The notes below the pieces were generated by a model, which did no database searches, was not told the DNA's origin, and was given only the letters and a program-made list of their open reading frames with translations. Both the position numbers and the translations under genes were made by a program. DNA of 64,000 nucleotides from Vicinamibacterales bacterium (GTDB lineage: Bacteria > Acidobacteriota > Vicinamibacteria > Vicinamibacterales > JAMQPK01). Position 1 is the first letter of the stretch, and every line of letters begins with the position of its first letter. The stretch lies in the NCBI GenBank assembly GCA_963744405.1, contig CAVUTO010000020.1:24666-88665 (forward strand), given 5' to 3'. Positions 54,890 to 63,955 of this stretch are shown here, in pieces.

Positions 54890-57800
54890 ATGACTCACAA
54901 GGTGATGCAGGTGTTCGCGTGGACGCTCGTGCTGGTGGTCGGATTGAACGCGCAGAGCCATCGCGGTGCGATCCGCGGACGCGTGCTCGATGCGTCCGGT
55001 GCCGTTGTCGCGGGCGCTGCCGTCACCGCTGTCAACGAGGCGACCAACGAGACACGGGCGACGATGAGCGGCGAGGCCGGTGCGTTTACGCTCGCAGAGC
55101 TGGCGCCAGGCACCTGGCGGGTCGAAATTGGCGCACAAGGCCACAAGACGCACGTGGAGCGCGTCGTGCTCGCCGTCAACCAAGATCGGCGCGCTGATGC
55201 GCAGCTGGAAGTCGGCGCGTTGACCGATCGCGTCGAAGTGTCGGCACCGAACGTGGATCTGCGGCGCGATTCGCCAGCCATGGGCACCATCGTCGAGAAT
55301 CGCCAGATCCTGGACATGCCGCTCGACGGCAGAAACTTTCTCGAGTTGACGTTGCTCGCGCCCGGCACCGCCCCCGCCGCGCAAGGATCCGCGGGATCTG
55401 TCCGCGGCGATTTTTCGTTCAGCGTCAACGGCGGCCGAGAAGATTTCAACAGTTTCCTGCTCGACGGCGCAGACAACGTCGATCCGAAGCTCAATACCAC
55501 CGGCGTGCGTCCGCCCGTGGATGCGATTCAGGAATTCGAAGTGCTGTCGAGTACTCCCGAGGCTGCGCATGGCCGTCAGTCGGCGTCGCAAGTCAGCGTG
55601 GTGATGAAGTCGGGCACCAATCAGCTGCAGGGCACTGCTTATGCATTCTTCCGGAACGGCGCGCTCGACGCGACGAACTACTTCGCGCCGAAGGGCGAGC
55701 CCGATCCGGAATATCAGCGCACGCAGTCTGGATTCTCGATCGGCGGACCTATTGTGCGCGATCGGACGTTCTTCTTCGCCGACTACGAAGGCACGCGCGC
55801 CGACGAAGGCATCACCCGGATCAGCACAGTTCCCACCGACGCCGCGCGTAATGCGCTTCCCGCGTTCCTGACCCACCCTGTCGGCCGTGCAATTACGGAT
55901 CTCTATCCGAGCCCCAACCGTTCGACGCAGGTCGGCAACTACGTGGCGTCGCCGGCGCAAGTCGATCACACGGATCACTTCGATGTCCGCAGCGACACCG
56001 CGTTTGGCGGCGCATTCGACTTGATGGGGCGCTACAGCTTCGCCGATCGGCGCCTGTTCGAACCTTTCAGCGGCCCCGGGTTTTCGTCGCTGCCCGGGTA
56101 CGGCAGCGACGTCGCGCGGCGTGGCCAGAATGCCGTTGCAAGCGCGACGCACATTTTTTCGCCGAATGTACTCAACGAGACCCGTGTCGGCTTCAACCGC
56201 GTCTCGTCCAGCGTGTTCCCCCAGGACGGGAGCAGCGTCAACAGCAGCGTCGGACTTCCCGAGCCGTGGACGAACCCGCGCGATGCCGGTCTCAGCCTCA
56301 TCACCGTTTCCGGCTACTCTCCGCTGGGCCACGAATACAACAACCCGCAGAGCGGCACGACCAACACTATTCATGTCGCAGACACGATGACGTGGACTCG
56401 CGACAATCATCTGGTGAAGGCGGGATTCGACGCCCGCATGATTCGCCAGGACGCGTTTCGCGACGTACAGGCACGTGGGTCGCTGACGTTTACGGGCGCA
56501 CTGACCGGAAGCCCCCTCAACGATTTGCTTACAGGGCTGCCGACGTTCACGACGCTCGCACGTGTCGACAACCCGCAGCGGCTGAGAACGGAGTCGTATG
56601 CGTGGTTCGTCCAGGACAGCTACCGCGTGCGGCCGAACGTGACGATTTCGGCAGGTTTGCGGTACGACCTGACGTCGCCGCCGGTCGACGTGGACGATCG
56701 GGCGACCTTGTACAACACGGAGACCGGAACGTTGTCCCCGGTGGGCACCGATGGCCTGACGCGCGCCGGCTACGAGACCGACCGCAACAATTGGGCGCCG
56801 CGTATCGGCGCCGCCTGGACGGTTGACGAGGCCGCGACCACAGTGCTGCGGGGCGCGTACGGCATCCATTACAACCACTCGGCGCTCGCGCCCAGTGAAG
56901 GACTCTATTTCAGCGAACCGTATTTCAGCTTTTCCGCGTTCTTTCCCTCGCCGTTTGGTCTGGTGACGCTGAGCGATCCGTTTCCGAGCAACTTTCCAAT
57001 TCCGACGCCGAATCCGGCGTTCGGGTTTCAACCCGATCTGCGGACCCCGTTTCTGCACGAATTCAACGTCACGGTGCAGCGGCAGCTTGGAGCGACGCGC
57101 GTCGCGGAGGTGGCGTATGTCGGATCCCGCGGCCGCAGTCTGATAGCCGCGAGAGACATCAATCAGCCGGCGCCGAGCACGGCGATGCCGAACCTGCGTC
57201 CCGATCCGCGCTTTGCGGACATCACGCTGATGGAGTCGCGCGCGCGATCGGAGTTCGACAGCCTGCAGGCCAGGTTCCAGCAGCGCTATGCGTTCGGCTG
57301 CACGATGCTCGTGGCCTACACGCTTGGCAAGTCGATGGACGATGCGTCGGGCTTCTTTACGAGCGCGGGCGATCCGAACTTTCCACAGGACAGCAACAAT
57401 CCGGGCGTCGAGTGGGGGCGGTCGAACTTTGACGTGCGCCACCGGTTGTCGGTCAGCTTCTCGTACGACCTGCCGCTCGAGTTCACCATCAGCGGCATCG
57501 TGCAGATGCAGAGCGGCCGCCCATTTACCGTCGCGCTGCTGCCCGAGGTGGACAACAGCAACACAGGGCGCTCGTCGCTTGGTTTCGGTGCCAACGATCG
57601 TCCGAATGTCAGCGGCAACGCGACGGCGGGCAATCCCGGGCCGAATCAGTGGTTCAACACCGCAGCCTTCTCGATGCCCGCATACGGCACGTTCGGCAAT
57701 GCCGGCCGGAACATTCTCGACGGCCCGGGCTATCAGAACGTCAATCTCGCGCTGCTCAAGCGCGTGAGGCTGGGAGGACGAACGAGCCTGCAACTACGCG

Positions 57801-57934
57801 CCGAGGCGTTCAATCTGCTGAACCGCGCGAACTTCGATATCCCCGACAACTTCTACGGATCGCCGACTTTCGGTCAGGTGCTGTCAGCGGGCGCCCCACG
57901 CCACATCCAGTTCGGGGCGAGGTTCCTCTTCTAG
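54890..57934 (+). CDS. TonB-dependent receptor with carboxypeptidase-regulatory-like N-domain (Oar-like)
   Basis: Start at MTHKVMQVFAWTLVLVVGLNAQS. IRGRVLDASGAVVAGAAVTAVNEATNETR (CarboxypepD_reg-like), a long beta-barrel, and C-terminus RHIQFGARFLF. Confidence 0.9.
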   Translation: MTHKVMQVFAWTLVLVVGLNAQSHRGAIRGRVLDASGAVVAGAAVTAVNEATNETRATMSGEAGAFTLAELAPGTWRVEIGAQGHKTHVERVVLAVNQDRRADAQLEVGALTDRVEVSAPNVDLRRDSPAMGTIVENRQILDMPLDGRNFLELTLLAPGTAPAAQGSAGSVRGDFSFSVNGGREDFNSFLLDGADNVDPKLNTTGVRPPVDAIQEFEVLSSTPEAAHGRQSASQVSVVMKSGTNQLQGTAYAFFRNGALDATNYFAPKGEPDPEYQRTQSGFSIGGPIVRDRTFFFADYEGTRADEGITRISTVPTDAARNALPAFLTHPVGRAITDLYPSPNRSTQVGNYVASPAQVDHTDHFDVRSDTAFGGAFDLMGRYSFADRRLFEPFSGPGFSSLPGYGSDVARRGQNAVASATHIFSPNVLNETRVGFNRVSSSVFPQDGSSVNSSVGLPEPWTNPRDAGLSLITVSGYSPLGHEYNNPQSGTTNTIHVADTMTWTRDNHLVKAGFDARMIRQDAFRDVQARGSLTFTGALTGSPLNDLLTGLPTFTTLARVDNPQRLRTESYAWFVQDSYRVRPNVTISAGLRYDLTSPPVDVDDRATLYNTETGTLSPVGTDGLTRAGYETDRNNWAPRIGAAWTVDEAATTVLRGAYGIHYNHSALAPSEGLYFSEPYFSFSAFFPSPFGLVTLSDPFPSNFPIPTPNPAFGFQPDLRTPFLHEFNVTVQRQLGATRVAEVAYVGSRGRSLIAARDINQPAPSTAMPNLRPDPRFADITLMESRARSEFDSLQARFQQRYAFGCTMLVAYTLGKSMDDASGFFTSAGDPNFPQDSNNPGVEWGRSNFDVRHRLSVSFSYDLPLEFTISGIVQMQSGRPFTVALLPEVDNSNTGRSSLGFGANDRPNVSGNATAGNPGPNQWFNTAAFSMPAYGTFGNAGRNILDGPGYQNVNLALLKRVRLGGRTSLQLRAEAFNLLNRANFDIPDNFYGSPTFGQVLSAGAPRHIQFGARFLF

Positions 57935-59190
57935 GGGACTACTCTAGGGACTAGGGATTGGGGATTGGGGATTAGAAGGGCGGCGGCGCTGATGGCGCTG
58001 ACCGTCGCACCAAGAGTGTAGAACATCGCGGCGTAGCTACCTGTCGTCTCCACACACACCGCAAGCAACAGCGGCCCGACCGCGGACGCCAGCACAGTCA
58101 TTGCTTGTGCGACCCCCTGGATACGGCCCAGTTGGCGTCGGCCATACACACGCGGCCAGACGCTGAAGAACAACACCATCACGAGACCGCCGCCGAGCCC
58201 CATCATCACGGCCCAGACCAGCGCCTGTGTCGTTGAGGTGACATGCGGAAGCGCGAGCAAGCCCGCCGCCAGGATCAGGAGCGACATCGCCATCAATCGG
58301 TTCAGCGGGACGGAGCGGGCGAGCCAGCCGCCGATGAAATTTCCGGCGAGGCCGGTTATTGCGGTCACGACCAACGTCTGGTAATAGACGTTCGGTCCGA
58401 GACCGCGCTCGGACAGGATCGATTCGTTGAACAAACCGATGCCCGATGCGACCAGACCGTAAAGGGCTGCGCCGACGGCAAACACCCAGAACGCGGGGGT
58501 GCGCAGGGCGTCGTGGAGTGTATAGCCGTGCGGTTCCAGGTTCTGGGTGCTGGGTTCCGGGTTCTGGTTCGGGGTTCTGGGTTCTGGGTTCGCACCATCT
58601 GCTGCGAGGCCGATCGATTCCGGACTGCGCCGCACGAACAACAGCGCGAACGGCATCAAGCCTGCCAGAATCGCCGCGCCGACGGCAAACCACGCGACGC
58701 GCCAGCCGCGCGACTGTACAAGCGAGCCCACCGCCGGGAACGCGATCATGAAACCGACGCTCAGTACGACGCTGTAGATCGCCATGGCCACGTCGATGCG
58801 TCGAACGAACCACTGTCCGACCATGGTGATGCTCACGACCGACAACGCGCTCTGGCCAAGCGCGCGCGTCAGCGTGACGGCCACAGCGAGCTCCGCGAAT
58901 GTCGTGACGCGGCTCATCAGCACGACCGTCACACCGAGCGCCGCGGCTATAGTGCACAGCACGATCCTGCTTCCAAGTCGATCGATGAAACGGCCGACGC
59001 CGATTGCGCCCGCGGCGCCGATGAGCGTGGCCCAGAGATTGAGCTGCGCGTAATCAACGCGGCCGATGTCGAGGTCGGCGAGAAGAGGCTCGGTGATGAG
59101 CCCCAGCCCCTGTGTGCGCCCTGGCAGTGTGCCGACCATCGCGGCCGATGCCATCAACAGCACAACCCAGCCGTAGTAGACACGCTTCAC
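57931..59190 (-). CDS. MFS transporter (oxalate/formate-antiporter-like layout)
   Basis: 419-aa ORF with 12 hydrophobic segments. GTG start overlaps the mscS-like stop (GTGA). Central loop carries a repeat-derived insert. Confidence 0.88.
   Translation of the reverse strand: MKRVYYGWVVLLMASAAMVGTLPGRTQGLGLITEPLLADLDIGRVDYAQLNLWATLIGAAGAIGVGRFIDRLGSRIVLCTIAAALGVTVVLMSRVTTFAELAVAVTLTRALGQSALSVVSITMVGQWFVRRIDVAMAIYSVVLSVGFMIAFPAVGSLVQSRGWRVAWFAVGAAILAGLMPFALLFVRRSPESIGLAADGANPEPRTPNQNPEPSTQNLEPHGYTLHDALRTPAFWVFAVGAALYGLVASGIGLFNESILSERGLGPNVYYQTLVVTAITGLAGNFIGGWLARSVPLNRLMAMSLLILAAGLLALPHVTSTTQALVWAVMMGLGGGLVMVLFFSVWPRVYGRRQLGRIQGVAQAMTVLASAVGPLLLAVCVETTGSYAAMFYTLGATVSAISAAALLIPNPQSLVPRVVP
57938..57975. 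repeat. Simple repeat (AGGGATTGGGGATT type) overlapping the 3-prime end of the MFS gene
   Basis: CTCTAGGGACTAGGGATTGGGGATTGGGGATTAG encodes the last residues (..IPNPQSLVPRVVP) of the minus-strand MFS ORF. Confidence 0.8.
58532..58592. repeat. GGTTCTGG-type simple repeat inside the MFS coding sequence (in frame)
   Basis: GGTTCCAGGTTCTGGGTGCTGGGTTCCGGGTTCTGGTTCGGGGTTCTGGGTTCTGGGTTCG translates on the minus strand as ANPEPRTPNQNPEPSTQNLEP, in the central loop. Confidence 0.85.
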
Positions 59191-60242
59191 GTGAGAGACG
59201 GCGGGTCTGGCCGGTTAGCGAGCGATCTGATGGGAATGGCGATGCCTTCGGCCGCGAAGCGCTTGTGCAGCCGCTTCACGAACTCGTGCTTGATGAGGAA
59301 CTGGTCGACGAACTCCCGCGCGCGAAGATTCACAGAGAAGCCGACGCCGGGATCGCCGAACGTATGGAAGCGGACGAGCGGGTCGAAGCCCGGCACACCT
59401 CCCGGAACCGTGCGCATGACGTCGCGCGCCACTTCAGTGGTGATGGCTTCCACGCGATCGAGGTCGCTCCAATAATCGACACTGCCCTCGATCGTGACGA
59501 CCATCTCGTGCTCGGGCGAGTGAAAGTTGGTGACGATTGACTGCGAGAACTTCGCATTCGGCACGAGCACGGTGTTGTTCGACAACTGCCGCAAACGGCT
59601 CGCACGCCAGTCGATGTCGACGAGATACCCTTCTTCGCCCGACGACAGCTTGATGTAATTGCCGATGCGGATGTGCTTTGCGACGGTCAGGTAGAAACCC
59701 GCAAACAGATTCGCGAGTGTATCCTGCAGCGCCAGTGCGACGGCCAGGCCTCCCACGCCAAGAGCGGTAATCATCGGCGCGATCGCAAGGCCCAGCCCAT
59801 GGAGGACAACGGCCACGCCCACGATGAAGACGATGATTCGAACGAGGTTCTCGTTGAGCGTCGTCACCGGCATCGACGGATCGAGAACCGGACCGTGGAT
59901 GCGTACGAGGTTGACGAGCACTTCCGAGGCCAGGAACGTGAAAGACCCGGCGGCGACGACGTACAGCCCCTTGTCCAGCGCGATTGCAGCGTTCCCTGCG
60001 AGACCCCAGTAGCTCGAAGCGATGTAGATGCCGACGAGGACGCTCCAAAACGGAACCCGTCGCGCCACCGGTGCCACAATCAGATCGATCCAACGGCTTC
60101 TCGTTCGTCGCGCGAGACGGGCAAGCTGGTTCGCGACGATGTGGCGCGCGACACGCCCAATCAGGTACGCGATGCCGATGATGATGATGGAGAGCGCTAC
60201 GGTACGCGCCGAGGCGGGCCAGCCTTGGAAGTCCCAGGTCAT
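59187..60242 (-). CDS. Mechanosensitive ion channel (MscS family)
   Basis: 351-aa ORF with 3 N-terminal TM helices, LGVGGLAVALALQDTLANLFAG and the beta-domain motif IRIGNYIKL..GYLVDIDWRASRL. Confidence 0.9.
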   Translation of the reverse strand: MTWDFQGWPASARTVALSIIIIGIAYLIGRVARHIVANQLARLARRTRSRWIDLIVAPVARRVPFWSVLVGIYIASSYWGLAGNAAIALDKGLYVVAAGSFTFLASEVLVNLVRIHGPVLDPSMPVTTLNENLVRIIVFIVGVAVVLHGLGLAIAPMITALGVGGLAVALALQDTLANLFAGFYLTVAKHIRIGNYIKLSSGEEGYLVDIDWRASRLRQLSNNTVLVPNAKFSQSIVTNFHSPEHEMVVTIEGSVDYWSDLDRVEAITTEVARDVMRTVPGGVPGFDPLVRFHTFGDPGVGFSVNLRAREFVDQFLIKHEFVKRLHKRFAAEGIAIPIRSLANRPDPPSLT

Positions 60243-60252
60243 GCGTAGACGA

Positions 60253-60621
60253 TCATAAGTCTTTGGCGGCCGAACGGCGATGGCGGACGAGCACGACCGC
60301 GTAGATGGCGACGTTGATGGCGATCGCCAGGCCGCCGAGCATGAGTTGATCTCTGCGCGTCAGGCCGTTCGGGTAGAGCGCGGGCAGAATGTAACGAGCG
60401 ATGAAATCGCCCTCATAGCCCGCTTCGCCGCCGGCGCGGCGCAAGCGGTTTTCGAGCGGTGTCAGCGGGCAGATCCAGCCGGTGAATTCGATGAGCGCGC
60501 CCCAGATGACTGCGGGGATGTGCAGCCAGATGACGCGCGGCCAGCGGAGCGCGAGCAGGCCGCCGAGTACGACGAATACGACGAACGCGAAGTGCAGCGC
60601 GACGACGATGTCGGCGCCCAC
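60253..60621 (-). CDS. DUF2784-like membrane protein
   Basis: 122 aa with WICPLTPLENRLRRAGGEAGYEGDFIARYILPALYP, which matches my recollection of DUF2784. Confidence 0.75.
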   Translation of the reverse strand: MGADIVVALHFAFVVFVVLGGLLALRWPRVIWLHIPAVIWGALIEFTGWICPLTPLENRLRRAGGEAGYEGDFIARYILPALYPNGLTRRDQLMLGGLAIAINVAIYAVVLVRHRRSAAKDL

Positions 60622-60624
60622 GTG

Positions 60625-61152
60625 TTACTTGTCGGGTTGAATCGAAGCGAGCAGCTGCTCGAAATTCTTCTGCTCTGCCGCGATCGTCTTTGCCGGCCCC
60701 GTTAGTTTGAAAAACACGCTGCCGCCAGGACCCTCGACGATGGCGCCGACCAGGCGATAGGAGGCCGCCGGCTTCGACCCAGCCGACATCGGTCCACCCA
60801 TGCCCGTGTAGGTGCCCGATGTGTCGATCATCGTGACCGGTACGCCACGAACGGTTCGCTTGTCGATTTTGGCAACGGCAGGCTTGCCATCGGCTCCGAG
60901 CATCTGCGCTCGCCAACGCTCGATGTTCGCGTCGACGCCGCCGCCTTGCCCTGGTCCGAAGTAATTCACGACGCACTCCGCGATGCCCTGATCGCCGGCG
61001 GCCAGTGGAATCGAGTACGTCGCCGCCCGCATCGGCCGCGGAGCTTCGGCCTTCCATGTCGCGGGCGCGGTCCAGCGTACACCGGCAGCCGATTCGGCAA
61101 TCACGATTGCGGCAGACACGGCGAGTACCGCTACGAACAGAAGTTTGCGCAT
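60625..61152 (-). CDS. Secreted hypothetical protein
   Basis: Start set to ATG 61152, giving signal peptide MRKLLFVAVLAVSAAIVIAES. The upstream part of table ORF 60625..61404 runs into palindromic element E3. Confidence 0.65.
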   Translation of the reverse strand: MRKLLFVAVLAVSAAIVIAESAAGVRWTAPATWKAEAPRPMRAATYSIPLAAGDQGIAECVVNYFGPGQGGGVDANIERWRAQMLGADGKPAVAKIDKRTVRGVPVTMIDTSGTYTGMGGPMSAGSKPAASYRLVGAIVEGPGGSVFFKLTGPAKTIAAEQKNFEQLLASIQPDK

Positions 61153-61322
61153 ATTGATGAGTATATCGCCATGACTTGGAACAGGAGGGTAGGAGGATAG
61201 GAGGCGAGACCCAGCCCCATCAGTGCGGCGCCGCATCAAGAGAACGCGCGAGACATCCGAGTGACAGCGAGCCGGACCAAGACAACGAGGAACACAGATG
61301 ACATCACGGAGGCACGGGCGCC

Positions 61323-61460
61323 GCGTCGAGCGGACGCCGAAGGCGTCTCGCGAGAAAACACAGACGAAAAAACAAGACTGCCTGGATATCGAACGGTCTT
61401 GCATTTTTCGTCTGTGTTTTCTTGCGAGGCCGGCCGCTTCACGGCCGGCCAGCTCGACGC
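61323..61460. repeat. Nested palindromic element E3 (four-way-junction-like core)
   Basis: - Stem A 61323-61331 / 61452-61460.
- Hairpin GACGCCGAAGGCGTC at 61333-61347.
- Central stem about 61347-61378 / 61396-61428 (a few mismatches).
- Hairpin GGCCGGCCGCTTCACGGCCGGCC at 61428-61450. Confidence 0.8.
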
Positions 61461-61632
61461 GCCGCCGCAGAGCCGACTGACGCCGCCCACAGAGGAGCAG
61501 AATGCCTCCGCGCGTCCTCTGTGCCTTCGTGTTGAGACCAGGATCGTTGCGCGTGGTGCCGTCAATGAGGTTATGAAGCCGCTCTTAATCTTCGACGCTC
61601 CTGTTTTAGGTCTGAGAGCAGTTTGAGCCCTA

Positions 61633-62682
61633 CTACTTCACCAGCGTGAATTTCTGCATACGTCGGCCTGTGTCGGTCTCCGCGATATAAAGATTGCCGC
61701 GCGAATCGACGGCGACGGCGTGCCCATGGGTGAAATTTCCGAGCCAGTGTCCCGGACGCCCGAAGCTCGACAGAATTTGTCCGGTTGCATGATCGAGGAC
61801 ATGCAGCTGTTCGTTACGGCCGTTCATGACGTACATGAATTTCTGTTCGGGATCGCGCGAGAACGCAATCCACCACACCGTGCCGCGCGGATCCGGCAGC
61901 GTCGGAGTGCCGGTCTTGATCCAGATGTTCCTGATGAATTTGCCGCTTTTGTCGAATACCTGGACGCGCTGGCCCTGGCGATCGCAGACGTAGATCAGCC
62001 CTGCTCGGCTCATCGCGATGCAGTGAACGATCTGCGCGAACGCGCCGCCTGCGCCCGCTTCGATCTCCGGCTGCGTCGCCTGCTTTCCCCACTGGCGAAG
62101 GAATGTTCCATTGCGATCGAAGACCGCCACCCGCCGGTTGCCGTATCCGTCGGCGACGTAGACATCGCCGTTGGCGGGATCGACGACTACGCCGGCGGGA
62201 TTGAAGAATTGCGTGCGGCTGGAGTTGAGCAGTTGCCCCTTGGCCGTGCCGTCCGTGGTGTCGAAAACGCCGCGCTTCCCGATCTGGAGGAGGAGTTTTC
62301 CGTCATGAGACCACTTCTGGACGATACCGTCGCCATTGCCGGTAAGCCAGATGCTGTTTTCATGGTCGACGAAGCACCCGTGGATGACGCCGGGCACCGA
62401 GTTCGTGTCGCCGAACGAATGGACAAGGTTGCCGGCCAAATCGAATATCAACACCGACGGCGCCTGGATCGACGTCTCGGCTTCTTCTGCCGTGATGTCG
62501 CGCCGGTTGGTGACGACAAGATGATCGTGCGCGTCGGCGCAGATGCTGCCGGTGCGTCCGATGATCCATTTGTCGGGGAGGGGCTTCGGCCAGTACGGAT
62601 CGATCTCGAACTTCTGCGTATTCTGTGCGACGAGCGATGCCGAGAAGCACGAGACCAGCGCAAACAAAATGGCGTTTCGCAT
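61633..62682 (-). CDS. NHL-repeat six-bladed beta-propeller protein (secreted)
   Basis: Signal peptide MRNAILFALVSCFSASLVAQ. Repeated NPAGVVVDPANGDVYVADGYGNRRVAVFD-type NHL blades. Confidence 0.85.
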   Translation of the reverse strand: MRNAILFALVSCFSASLVAQNTQKFEIDPYWPKPLPDKWIIGRTGSICADAHDHLVVTNRRDITAEEAETSIQAPSVLIFDLAGNLVHSFGDTNSVPGVIHGCFVDHENSIWLTGNGDGIVQKWSHDGKLLLQIGKRGVFDTTDGTAKGQLLNSSRTQFFNPAGVVVDPANGDVYVADGYGNRRVAVFDRNGTFLRQWGKQATQPEIEAGAGGAFAQIVHCIAMSRAGLIYVCDRQGQRVQVFDKSGKFIRNIWIKTGTPTLPDPRGTVWWIAFSRDPEQKFMYVMNGRNEQLHVLDHATGQILSSFGRPGHWLGNFTHGHAVAVDSRGNLYIAETDTGRRMQKFTLVK

Positions 62683-62708
62683 TTATCCTCCGGTGTATCA
62701 CGTACTCA

Positions 62709-62785
62709 CAGAAGATCGGAAGGTCAAAAGATCAGAAGAGCGGCAGATGTTTTCGAAAAGACTCTCCTGATCTCCTGATCTTCTG
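62709..62785. repeat. Inverted simple repeat (GATCAGAAG arm / CTGATCTCCTGATC arm)
   Basis: CAGAAGATCGGAAGGTCAAAAGATCAGAAGAG (62709-62740) versus CTCTCCTGATCTCCTGATCTTCTG (62762-62785). Related units occur at 20950-20980 and 22392-22414. Confidence 0.7.
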
Positions 62786-62798
62786 TTCGACGTTGCGT

Positions 62799-63422
62799 CT
62801 AGTCCGGCAGGCCGTCGAAGAAATCGACGAGGCCTGTTTCGAGCGAGTACTCGGCGCCGACAACGGCAAGGCCCTGCTTGTCGATCAGCTCTTCGAGCAC
62901 GTCCGAGCCATGGCGAAGATGGCCTGCCGAGATGCAGACGTTGGCGCGCACGGCGTCGCGGACGAGCGCTTCGGGATCGCGTTTCAGTTCCGCTCGCAAC
63001 AACGGCTCGACCGCGGGCCGCACCCGGTCGACAATCGAATGAAGATTGCGCGACTGATTGATGGTGGGCCGTGTCAACTCGTCGATGGTGGCGAGAATCG
63101 CTCCGCATTGCGAGTGGCCGAGCACGACGACCAGTCGCGTCCCATAGCGCTCCGCCGCGAACTCGACGCTGCCGATCTGCGAGGGTGCGACGATATTGCC
63201 GGCGACCCGGATGACGAAGAGATCGCCGAGCCCCTGGTCGAAGATGATTTCGGCCGGCACGCGCGAGTCGGAGCAGCCCAGGATAATCGCGAACGGCTCC
63301 TGGCCGGCGGCCACCTCCGTGCGGCGCGCTTCGCTTGCCAGCGAATCGTGGCTGCGGACATTGGATACGAAACGACGGTTGCCGTCTCGCAGGCGTTGCA
63401 GGGCTTCGGGCGCTGGAATCAT
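62799..63422 (-). CDS. Beta-class carbonic anhydrase
   Basis: LGCSDSRVPAE and VLGHSQCGA (Zn ligands C, H, C) in a 207-aa ORF. Confidence 0.9.
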   Translation of the reverse strand: MIPAPEALQRLRDGNRRFVSNVRSHDSLASEARRTEVAAGQEPFAIILGCSDSRVPAEIIFDQGLGDLFVIRVAGNIVAPSQIGSVEFAAERYGTRLVVVLGHSQCGAILATIDELTRPTINQSRNLHSIVDRVRPAVEPLLRAELKRDPEALVRDAVRANVCISAGHLRHGSDVLEELIDKQGLAVVGAEYSLETGLVDFFDGLPD

Positions 63423-63444
63423 CGAGGCGTCATTGCAGTACGCT

Positions 63445-63918
63445 TCACTGCTCCGGAAATTTCACGAGCACGTAGGTGACGTGTTTGCCCTTCGGCACGA
63501 GAAACGCGTGCGGCACCGTTGCGGGAATATGGATGAGGTCGCCGGCGCCGAGCGGATGACGCGAGCCCCCTTCCAGCCGGGACCCGACGTACTCGCCAGG
63601 GCTCCCGGTCGCCTTCTTGTCGATCACCGTTCCGCCGAGCTGCAGCACCCCTTCGCCGCTCTGCACGAACACGAGATCGACGATGTTGTCGTGCTGCTCG
63701 GGAAAGCCGTCGGCATCGCGATACAGGAACCTGACGCGATGGTCTCCGAAGTCGGCGAGCGTCTCTCGTGCCGAATGATCGGCCCCGACCTTGTGCGACA
63801 GCGCCGCATCGCGCCGCTTCAGCTCGTCCGCCTTCCAAAGACGAAAGTCGGGATGATCCGCCGCAAAGACCGGAGCGACGAGTAGAACCACCGCCACCAC
63901 ACGAATCACGGCTCGCAT
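63445..63918 (-). CDS. Secreted cupin-domain protein
   Basis: Start at ATG 63918 (MRAVIRVVAVVLLVAPVFA). GDLIHIPATVPHAF is a cupin motif 2-like segment. Confidence 0.75.
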   Translation of the reverse strand: MRAVIRVVAVVLLVAPVFAADHPDFRLWKADELKRRDAALSHKVGADHSARETLADFGDHRVRFLYRDADGFPEQHDNIVDLVFVQSGEGVLQLGGTVIDKKATGSPGEYVGSRLEGGSRHPLGAGDLIHIPATVPHAFLVPKGKHVTYVLVKFPEQ

Positions 63919-63931
63919 GCGACACCTCCAC

Positions 63932-63955
63932 GTCCGGCTGAAGCCGGACACTACT
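63932..63955 (-). repeat. REP-like hairpin (GTAGTGTCCGGCTTCAGCCGGAC on minus strand)
   Basis: Stem GTCCGGC/GCCGGAC with loop TTCA. Lies 13 nt upstream of the cupin ATG, with GGAGG in between. Confidence 0.8.

Noticed and set aside
54839-57793. Very long antisense ORFs: 54839..57793 minus (984 aa), 32964..34778 minus (604 aa), 25489..27072 minus (527 aa), 11978..13342 minus (454 aa), 44330..45487 minus (385 aa), 13424..14269 minus.
   Set aside because: They lie opposite genes with clear family homology. Their translations are Arg/Ala/Gly/Pro-rich with no recognisable motifs, and stop-free antisense frames are expected in GC-rich DNA. Treated as artefacts.
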